A DNA stretch of 6,129 bases, taken from a virus. A program made the position numbers and the translations under genes. Under the pieces are notes generated by a model. The model was not told where the DNA came from and did no database searches. It saw only the letters and a list, made by a program, of their open reading frames with translations. The stretch lies in IMG/VR virus record IMGVR_UViG_3300020041_000003, positions 1 to 6,129 of that record; one strand, 5' to 3'. This document shows, piece by piece, positions 1 through 5,401 of this stretch (position 1 is its first letter; each line of letters opens with the position of its first letter).

Positions 1-116
1 CTTTATCTTGCCTCCTCCAACATCGCCGTTATACGCGAAAATTCGTATCTGCTGGCGTTGGTGATTTTCTTGGTTATATGCCTCGCCCTTCTGCTCGTGT
101 TTCGTCGTGGTCTTAT
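1..116 (+). repeat. Terminal redundancy, copy 1 (identical to 6014..6129); signature of a circular genome that was linearised
   Basis: Comparing bases 1..116 (ctttatcttgcctcctcc...tcgtggtcttat) with 6014..6129 by eye shows an exact match running to the window end. The implied unit length is 6013 nt. Confidence 0.95.
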
Positions 117-458
117 TTTGACTGCAAGAAGAATATCGATTATAATTACACGATTCCTCGATACTACCTTAGATATCTTAAACCGGAAGACGAGGTTATG
201 CGTTCGATTGCCGCTGCTGACGCTTATGCACATTTTAGCAAGTCTTCTCTGGTTAAGCGTATTGTGTCTTTGTGTGTTGAGCGGTTCAATCTCAATTCCG
301 CCGTATCCCGTAGAGCTTCGTACACGTGGGAGCAAAAGCAAGTAATGCGTTTCTCTGCGTCCTCTCGGAGGTTGCCCGACTTTGACCCTCCCGCTTGGCT
401 AGACTCGGATGTTCTTCAGTTTTGGAGAGACCATTATAAACTTCAACTAATTATTTAA
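3..458 (+). CDS. VP4: Replication initiation protein (Microviridae VP4 / phiX174 A-like HUH endonuclease), C-terminal part; continues from 5401..6129 across the circular junction
   Basis: This frame is open from the window start. Position 78 equals 6091 in the repeat copy, which is in frame with the ATG at 5401. Bases 3..116 translate to LSCLLQHRRYTRKFVSAGVGDFLGYMPRPSARVSSWSY, the same peptide that ends the 5401..6129 reading frame. The TAA stop is at 456..458, 3 nt before the VP1 ATG. The joined ORF is 1071 nt (356 aa). Confidence 0.9.
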   Translation, partial: LSCLLQHRRYTRKFVSAGVGDFLGYMPRPSARVSSWSYFDCKKNIDYNYTIPRYYLRYLKPEDEVMRSIAAADAYAHFSKSSLVKRIVSLCVERFNLNSAVSRRASYTWEQKQVMRFSASSRRLPDFDPPAWLDSDVLQFWRDHYKLQLII

Positions 459-461
459 TTT

Positions 462-2261
462 ATGGGAAAACAACCTTTTATCTCACATGCCGTAAATGGT
501 TACTCTCGTTACGATGTTCCTGAGAGTAAAGCCTTTACATGCACACCGGGTATTCTCTATCCGGTGCGAATCGATTTTATTAATGCCCGTGACCGCGTCT
601 CTATCGAGCAGGGCATTGACGTTCGTAGCAATCCTCTCGCTGTTCCGACGTTTAATCCTTATACTATCCGGCTTCACCGTTTTTGGGTGCCGCTTCAGCT
701 GTATCACCCTGAATTGAGGACGAATAGTAGTAAGTTCGACATGAACGATTTGAGTCTTAATTGGCTTGTCTCCTGTCAGTCTCAAGCGGGTGGTCTGAAT
801 GCTGACTTTTTCGGTGCAGCTTATACCAATTCGTTGATGTCTTGGTTGCGTATCGCTAATAAGTACACTACTGGTGTAACCTCCGTTCCTTCTTCCGTGT
901 CTCTTCCTGCTGGTTCTTCTATAGACCGTTGGAGTAATGCGGATTCGTATTTAGCCTATTGGGATATCGTCCGTAACTACTATAGTTATTCGCAGTGGGG
1001 GCTTTACTCTTTCGCTTGGCCTATGGCAAACAAAGTTCTTTATTCTGGTTCTGCCTATCAACTCGATCCCGATAATTCTGGTGACTCTCGCTTTTTTACG
1101 CAGTGTTTTGGGAATCTTGAGTTCCTTGATGCTTACTTTGAGAGTCAGTTTTATCCGTCGGCTTTAACTTCTACGAATAATACTTTTAATCGTGGTAATT
1201 TGTTTACGCAGATAATTCGCTCTGACTTGGATAATTCTGCTGCTTCCGGTAATGGTTTTCCCGTTTCTACGACCTTGCCGTCCACCTCGCTTTGGGGTTC
1301 AACCGGTATTCTTGCCCAGACCTTACCTACCGCTTCTTCTGCAGGTAATTCTGCTGTTTCCTATTTTGTTGTTGCGCATCCTATGGCTGTATGTCCTTCG
1401 AATCCTGACCGTTTTAGTCGTCTCATTCCCACTGGCGCTAATTCTGCTGTATCTATGACGGGCGTGTCTACTATTCCTCAGTTGGCCATCGCTTCTCGTC
1501 TCCAGGAGTATAAGGACTTGCTTGGTGCAGGAGGTAGTCGCTATAGCGATTGGTTGGAAACGTTTTTTGCTTCCAAAATTGAGCACGTTGACCGTCCGAA
1601 ACTCCTTTTCAGCGCCTCGCAGACTGTTAATGTGCAGATTGTTATGAATCAAGCCGGGGATAATAATTTTTCCGGCAATCAACCTCTTGGACAACAAGGT
1701 GGTTCTATCGCTTTTAACGACCGTTTAGGCCGTCGCCAGTCTTATTACTTTCGTGAGCCTGGTTATATGATTGATATGTTGAGCATTCGCCCTGTTTATT
1801 ACTGGTCTTTTATCAAGCCGGACTACCTCAACTATATGGGTTCTGATTACTTCAACCCTATTTATAACGATATTGGATATCAAGACGTTCCCGCCTTTCG
1901 TCTCGCTTTTAACGGCAATCCTGGGGCTTCGTTTGCTACCGAACCTTGTTTTAACGAGTTTCGTTCCTCTTATGATGAGGTGTTAGGTCAGCTCCAGGCT
2001 TATAGTAGACCGGAAGCCGAAGGTGGATCTGGAGTTCCCCTCTACTCTTATTGGGTTCAGCAGCGTACTGTTTATACTTATAGTGGAACCGGTTCCCTCC
2101 CTGAGGCTAGTTATTATCCCCTCCTTTTCGTTGATTTGGCTCAGGTTAATTCTCCTTTCAAGTCAAATGTTGAGGATAATTTCTTCGTGAATATGTCTTA
2201 TGCCGTTCAGAAGAAGAGCCTCGTTAATAAAACTTTCGCGACTCGTTTGTCTAACCGTTAA
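462..2261 (+). CDS. VP1: Major capsid protein (Microviridae VP1 / phiX174 F-like jelly-roll)
   Basis: A 599-aa ORF, the largest in the genome. The N-terminal block FTCTPGILYPV...VRSNPLAVPTFNPYTIRLHRFWVPLQLY parallels the conserved microvirus capsid pattern (phiX174 F: ...LRLSPLRR...IFTFYVPHRHVY). The C-terminal block YFREPGYMIDMLSIRPVYYW matches the F-x-E-x-G-Y...RP...Y motif of VP1 proteins. Third codon positions are T-rich. Confidence 0.9.
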   Translation: MGKQPFISHAVNGYSRYDVPESKAFTCTPGILYPVRIDFINARDRVSIEQGIDVRSNPLAVPTFNPYTIRLHRFWVPLQLYHPELRTNSSKFDMNDLSLNWLVSCQSQAGGLNADFFGAAYTNSLMSWLRIANKYTTGVTSVPSSVSLPAGSSIDRWSNADSYLAYWDIVRNYYSYSQWGLYSFAWPMANKVLYSGSAYQLDPDNSGDSRFFTQCFGNLEFLDAYFESQFYPSALTSTNNTFNRGNLFTQIIRSDLDNSAASGNGFPVSTTLPSTSLWGSTGILAQTLPTASSAGNSAVSYFVVAHPMAVCPSNPDRFSRLIPTGANSAVSMTGVSTIPQLAIASRLQEYKDLLGAGGSRYSDWLETFFASKIEHVDRPKLLFSASQTVNVQIVMNQAGDNNFSGNQPLGQQGGSIAFNDRLGRRQSYYFREPGYMIDMLSIRPVYYWSFIKPDYLNYMGSDYFNPIYNDIGYQDVPAFRLAFNGNPGASFATEPCFNEFRSSYDEVLGQLQAYSRPEAEGGSGVPLYSYWVQQRTVYTYSGTGSLPEASYYPLLFVDLAQVNSPFKSNVEDNFFVNMSYAVQKKSLVNKTFATRLSNR

Positions 2262-2273
2262 TACATTGATTTT

Positions 2274-2570
2274 ATGGCACTTGATTGGTTACTTGAAGAT
2301 ATTCCCGCTTACGTTTCTCGCGGTCAGCGTATCCTTTCCGTTCTTGACGGTTCTGGTTCTGTCGACGTTCTTCCCGGTCGGCCGGATGTGGTTGTTGAAC
2401 CTTCTGATTTCGAGAAGGGGGAGAAGTTCAACCCTGATATCGATTTTGACCCTAACTCGTTTTCTCGTATGGATAAATTCGATGGTCTCGAGGTTGGTCA
2501 AGAACTGATTGATTCAGAGATAGATAGGTCTAAGTCCACTTCAAACCCCTCTAAGTCTGAAGAAAAATAG
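2274..2570 (+). CDS. Small acidic hypothetical protein (98 aa); possible scaffolding-type protein
   Basis: The ORF starts 12 nt after the VP1 stop, is on the same strand and has T-rich third positions. A +1-frame hydrophobic shadow ORF (2200..2508) lies over it, as seen over the other real genes. By hand count it has about 22 D/E and 11 K/R. I recognise no family motif. Confidence 0.6.
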   Translation: MALDWLLEDIPAYVSRGQRILSVLDGSGSVDVLPGRPDVVVEPSDFEKGEKFNPDIDFDPNSFSRMDKFDGLEVGQELIDSEIDRSKSTSNPSKSEEK

Positions 2571-2703
2571 TACATTCTTTACTTGACGATATATGCTACG
2601 TGCGCGGACCCCTTTTGCGAGAGTCCGTGAATCGCTAAAGGTTATTGGTAACGACTGCAGGAGAGGCCGCGCATTTTTCTATCGTTCTTTAAATTTTACT
2701 ACC

Positions 2704-2895
2704 ATGTCTGATACTAAACTGCCGTTTTACAAGTCGAAGGCGTTTTGGACACTCGTTTCTTCCATTGTTGCTGCTTTAGCTGCTTTTTTTCTTGCCTCGT
2801 GTTCTGCTCAGGCTCGGATGCAGCGTAGTGGCGTTCATATCGATACTGTGCGTGTCGATTATATCATTCGTTCTAACAATTTAACGCATATATAG
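2704..2895 (+). CDS. Small predicted lipoprotein / membrane protein (63 aa from ATG 2704; alternative 100-aa form from ATG 2593)
   Basis: From ATG 2704 the product is MSDTKLPFYKSK-AFWTLVSSIVAALAAFF-LASC-SAQ... This has a basic n-region, a hydrophobic h-region and the lipobox L-A-S-C (Cys33, codon 2800..2802). The TAG stop at 2893..2895 lies 1 nt before the VP2 ATG. T3 codon bias is stronger downstream of 2704 than in 2593..2703. Confidence 0.6.
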   Translation: MSDTKLPFYKSKAFWTLVSSIVAALAAFFLASCSAQARMQRSGVHIDTVRVDYIIRSNNLTHI

Positions 2896-2896
2896 T

Positions 2897-4267
2897 ATGC
2901 CTGCTCCTATTGCCCCTATTGCCGCATCCTTTGGTCAAGCTCTTGGTCAATCCGCCGCCTCTACGGGTGCTACAGGTTTGATTTCTGGCGCCCTCGGTCA
3001 GCTTTTCGGAGGCATGAATGCCCGTCGTCAGTGGCGTTTCCAGCAAAAGCAAATGAAGCTTCAACAGCAGTACGCTTTGGAGCAAATGCAGAAGCAGTCA
3101 GAGTTGTCTTATGCTAATTGGCAGAAACAATTTGATTATGAAAATGCCTATAATGATCCTTCGAAACTTTTCGCTCGCTATTTGAAGGCTGGTGTTACCC
3201 CCGCGGCCGTCCTTGGTTCTTCGGGTGTTGGTGTTAACGCTACTATGTCAGGAGGTTCTGCTGCTATGCCTTCCGCTGCTGGTCCTTCTGGCGGTTCTCC
3301 AGTTAGTCCCGGTGCTTCGCCTGTTGCCGACCCTACTGCTATCGCGCAGAATATGGTTGCGCAGTCAACGGTAAGCCGTAACGATGCTGCCGCTAATCGC
3401 GATAACGCTGAGGCTCAGTCGATTAATGACCAGAATGTTGGCAACCAGCTTTATGTCGCTATGGCTCAGGCTCGTGTAGCCCTTGATGAGGCAGTAACAA
3501 AACATAACTTAGCAGCTCATGATGTTCTTCGAGTTCAAGAGGATATAGAAAAGAATAATCGATTTATTTCTGATTCTACCCTTTTGAGTGTCGTTGATGA
3601 AAAGAAGAATCAAGCTGCTTATGTTGCTGCATTAGTTAAGCGTTTAGGTATTGAGAATGATAATTTGGGTGCACTTATGTCTGCTCAGGCTTTTATGATG
3701 AACACTCAGGGCGTACTCAATCAGATTCTCGGCGACCAGGCTCGAGAGGTGATTGAATCCCTTCGTCTCAATAATCTTGATTCTGCCTATGAGCTTTCGC
3801 GTAATTGGGATAAGCGTTTTGACATTGAAATTCCGAATCCTCAGTACGAAAGGAATCTTCGTAGTTCTAACCCCATTACTCGTGGTAATCCTGGCCCTAG
3901 TTCTTTCAAGGTTTCGATGTCTCTTAAAGACTTTTACGATAAGACCGTTATAAATCAGGCAAATGCTTCTGAGTTCCTCCCCGAACAGGCTCGCATTGCT
4001 CTTCGTAACGCAAAACTTGATCCGTATGTTGAAATTTCTAAGGCCTTGGTTGGTGCGGCCGCTAGTATTACCGGTGCAGGTATAATCCGTGGAGGCATGT
4101 CTCGCGCGTCTAAGACTATCTCTGCTGGCGGTTCTACTAGTGATTCTGCCGGCTCTTCGCTCACAACTCGTTACGATTCGAGAGGAAATCTTGTTGGTTA
4201 TGCGAAAACAGAGATGACTCGTGGCACTCATTCGAGCTCGTACAATACTACTCGAAGGTATCGCTAG
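2897..4267 (+). CDS. VP2: Minor capsid / DNA pilot protein (Microviridae VP2 / phiX174 H-like)
   Basis: A 456-aa ORF. The Gly/Ala-rich N-terminus has GxxxG-type spacing (IAASFGQALGQSAASTGATGLISGALGQLFGG). It is followed by a Q/K-rich helix and the block YENAYNDPSKLFARYLKAGVTPAAVLG, which matches the conserved VP2 pattern N-x-P...Q/R-x-x-R-x-K-x-A-G-x-N/T-P. There is a central coiled-coil-like region and G/S/A-rich low-complexity tracts. Its position after VP1 is typical. Confidence 0.85.
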   Translation: MPAPIAPIAASFGQALGQSAASTGATGLISGALGQLFGGMNARRQWRFQQKQMKLQQQYALEQMQKQSELSYANWQKQFDYENAYNDPSKLFARYLKAGVTPAAVLGSSGVGVNATMSGGSAAMPSAAGPSGGSPVSPGASPVADPTAIAQNMVAQSTVSRNDAAANRDNAEAQSINDQNVGNQLYVAMAQARVALDEAVTKHNLAAHDVLRVQEDIEKNNRFISDSTLLSVVDEKKNQAAYVAALVKRLGIENDNLGALMSAQAFMMNTQGVLNQILGDQAREVIESLRLNNLDSAYELSRNWDKRFDIEIPNPQYERNLRSSNPITRGNPGPSSFKVSMSLKDFYDKTVINQANASEFLPEQARIALRNAKLDPYVEISKALVGAAASITGAGIIRGGMSRASKTISAGGSTSDSAGSSLTTRYDSRGNLVGYAKTEMTRGTHSSSYNTTRRYR

Positions 4268-4280
4268 AATTGTTGTTTTT

Positions 4281-4311
4281 TTTGCATTTTAGATTTTTGT
4301 TGTTATATTTG
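4281..4311 (+). promoter_or_regulatory. Bacteroides-type sigma-A promoter candidate (-33 TTTG, -7 TAnnTTTG)
   Basis: TTTG at 4281..4284 and TATATTTG at 4304..4311 are separated by 19 nt, in the AT-rich 70-nt spacer after VP2. This is the only place in the window where I found both elements together. The ATG at 4338 lies about 20 nt downstream of the expected start site. Confidence 0.5.
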
Positions 4312-4337
4312 CGCTATAAACCAATAACCGTATTGTT

Positions 4338-4643
4338 ATGAAAAAGAATCAAAATTTCAAAGTTGACAAGCTGGCGATCGATGTTATAGAATACGCGTTC
4401 GTTGAGTGGCTTATTCGTCGGGGAATATTTGCTGCCTTTAGGGCGAACTATGACCGCATCCCTACGGCTCGGAAAACCTTTCGAGACTGCTTGCGTGAGC
4501 ACATCCAGTATGTTTATCGTGTATCTCACCTTGGTCCCGAGGCTCTCATCTCCTCGGCTTTTCTGTTTACTTCAGCTCCTGAGGGTTACGAATTCTGGAT
4601 TAAGCACTCTGACGCTTGGAGGCGTTTTTACGAAGAGCTTTAA
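4338..4643 (+). CDS. Hypothetical protein (101 aa), first gene of the accessory cassette
   Basis: A clean ORF after the promoter candidate, with T3-rich codons and a +1 shadow ORF (4402..4647). The C-terminal block SSAFLFTSAPEGYEFWIKHSDAWRRFY resembles a (S/T)-x-E-G-x-x-(F/Y)-W...W pattern that I recall from small phage and Bacteroidales hypothetical proteins. I cannot assign a function. Confidence 0.65.
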   Translation: MKKNQNFKVDKLAIDVIEYAFVEWLIRRGIFAAFRANYDRIPTARKTFRDCLREHIQYVYRVSHLGPEALISSAFLFTSAPEGYEFWIKHSDAWRRFYEEL

Positions 4644-4666
4644 ATGAAACGTTAAATTATATTATT

Positions 4667-4990
4667 ATGACACAGGTTCATATCGTTATCCGTCGTATTA
4701 GTCCGGCCCTTAAGGTCGATTTTGTTCAGGTAGGTTGTATTAAAGATGATCAGTTTTCGACACTACCTCTTGATGCTCTTGATCGTACTCCAGTTTCTGA
4801 TTTTGTAGAGCAGTCTAGTATCTCTACTTCGCCCTATATCAATCATTGTCAGATCCCTAGCCTTGTAGAGGCCCTGATTGCGTATCCTGATTTTTCGATT
4901 GATTTCTTCGATAATACACTTGTTCTTATGTTTGGTACTGATCTGACTCACGATGAAAGCGCGTCGAAAGAAGAAGGGAAAGGGCACTAG
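4667..4990 (+). CDS. Hypothetical acidic protein (107 aa from ATG 4667; ORF track start 4616 would overlap the previous gene)
   Basis: The ATG at 4667 follows an AT-rich spacer (aaattatattatt), like the other starts. Third positions are T-rich (gtt cat atc gtt atc cgt cgt att agt...). The product has about 16 D/E and 7 K/R. The TAG stop at 4988..4990 is followed by an intrinsic terminator. Confidence 0.6.
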   Translation: MTQVHIVIRRISPALKVDFVQVGCIKDDQFSTLPLDALDRTPVSDFVEQSSISTSPYINHCQIPSLVEALIAYPDFSIDFFDNTLVLMFGTDLTHDESASKEEGKGH

Positions 4991-5033
4991 AGTAGTGACC
5001 CGCCCGCTTGGTGGAAGAGTTCTTTAACTCGTT

Positions 5034-5072
5034 GAGCCCCAGGAGATTCCCCTCTCCTGCGGGTTCTTTTTT
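5034..5072 (+). terminator. Rho-independent terminator
   Basis: GAGCCC-CAGGAGA (5034..5046) pairs with TCTCCTG-c-GGGTTC (5053..5066). That gives 13 bp with one bulged C (5060), one G-T wobble and the loop TTCCCC. It is followed directly by TTTTTT (5067..5072) and lies 44 nt after the stop at 4990. Confidence 0.7.
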
Positions 5073-5076
5073 ATTC

Positions 5077-5163
5077 ACCGGTTTACCGGTATATCCCAAA
5101 CGAAGTGGAGCCACGGAGGCCGAAGACGCGCAGCGTCCCAGCCGTTAAGGCTGTCGGCCGGCG
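5077..5163 (+). other. GC-rich structured non-coding element (tandem ACCGGT palindromes plus a three-way-junction fold); candidate ssDNA origin or primosome/packaging signal
   Basis: ACCGGT occurs at 5077..5082 and 5085..5090. An outer stem GGCCGA (5118..5123) / TCGGCC (5154..5159) encloses hairpin GACGC-gca-GCGTC (5125..5137) and hairpin CAGCC-gttaa-GGCTG (5139..5153). No +-strand ORF covers this region. Confidence 0.4.
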
Positions 5164-5200
5164 AAACGTAGTAATTGATGCTAAGTAATATTTTTAAGTT

Positions 5201-5401
5201 ATGGATTATTTTGATTTTAAACCTAGATATTCCCCTATTATTGATAGCGTCCCTCATCGTTATTCCGTTGGCGCATATCGTGGTAGAAAGCGAGTTATTA
5301 TTGCTTGGTTTGCTGACGAAAGTCCTGCAAAAGACTATCTTACCCGCTGTCGTCTTACCAACCCTTATGTTAAGTTTGACTGTCTTAGAAGTCTTTTTTA
5401 A
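5201..5401 (+). CDS. Small basic hypothetical protein (66 aa) whose stop overlaps the Rep start
   Basis: The TAA stop (5399..5401) overlaps the Rep ATG (5401..5403) as TAATG. Third positions are T-rich. The overlapping 91-aa hydrophobic ORF 5175..5450 sits in its +1 frame, as expected if 5201..5401 is the real frame. It has about 12 K/R and 7 D/E. No family is recognised. Confidence 0.5.
   Translation: MDYFDFKPRYSPIIDSVPHRYSVGAYRGRKRVIIAWFADESPAKDYLTRCRLTNPYVKFDCLRSLF

Noticed and set aside
1-116. Terminal direct repeats as a biological feature (DTR packaging ends, LTR, att sites)
   Set aside because: The repeat lies inside the Rep coding sequence and maintains its reading frame. Microviridae genomes are covalently closed circles, so an overlap from circular assembly is the simplest explanation.
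58-345. The 95-aa hydrophobic ORF, and the other +1-frame ORFs (496..717, 1252..1458, 2200..2508, 3192..3374, 3753..3953, 4402..4647, 5175..5450, 5690..5998), as annotated genes
   Set aside because: All sit in the +1 frame of a stronger gene, and their hydrophobicity is explained by T-rich third positions becoming second positions. They are not reported as features, only flagged as overprinting candidates in the findings.
78-458. A stand-alone 126-aa protein starting at ATG 78
   Set aside because: The frame is open upstream to the window edge and is continuous with the Rep ORF from 5401 through the terminal repeat. It is the Rep C-terminus, not a separate gene.
4616-4666. The upstream start (ATG 4616) for the 124-aa version of the second cassette ORF
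   Set aside because: It would overlap the 3' end of ORF 4338..4643 by 28 nt and read through its stop region. ATG 4667 has the same AT-rich upstream context as the other starts. The choice remains uncertain without comparative data.
4644-4670. The AT-rich segment aacgttaaattatattattatgac as a XerC/D dif-like integration site, as used by some temperate microviruses
   Set aside because: Alignment by eye to the E. coli dif consensus (GGTGCGCATAA-TGTATA-TTATGTTAAAT) in either orientation gives only about 5 of 11 matches in one arm and none convincing in the other. I do not know a reliable Bacteroidota dif consensus for comparison. It is most simply the AT-rich translation-initiation spacer of ORF 4667.
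4927-4934. A TATGTTTG match to the -7 TAnnTTTG promoter box
   Set aside because: It lies inside the coding sequence of ORF 4667..4990. It has no TTTG at -33, and the transcript would run straight into the terminator at 5034. It is probably a chance match in a T-rich genome.
4998-5007. The tandem CCCGC motif (acccgcccgc) as an antiterminator pairing with GCGGG (5059..5063)
   Set aside because: The complementarity is only 5 to 6 nt and it would disrupt only the lower part of the terminator stem. That is too weak to support a regulatory switch from sequence alone.
5118-5159. A cloverleaf-like fold as a tRNA or tRNA-like gene
   Set aside because: It is only about 42 nt long with two internal arms. 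It lacks a 7-bp acceptor stem, a T-loop GTTCRA consensus and a plausible anticodon arm.
5189-5196. TATTTTTA as a -7 box for the 5201 ORF
   Set aside because: It is an imperfect match (the final G is missing) and ends 4 nt upstream of the ATG (5 nt from box end to the A of ATG), which leaves no room for a transcript leader.
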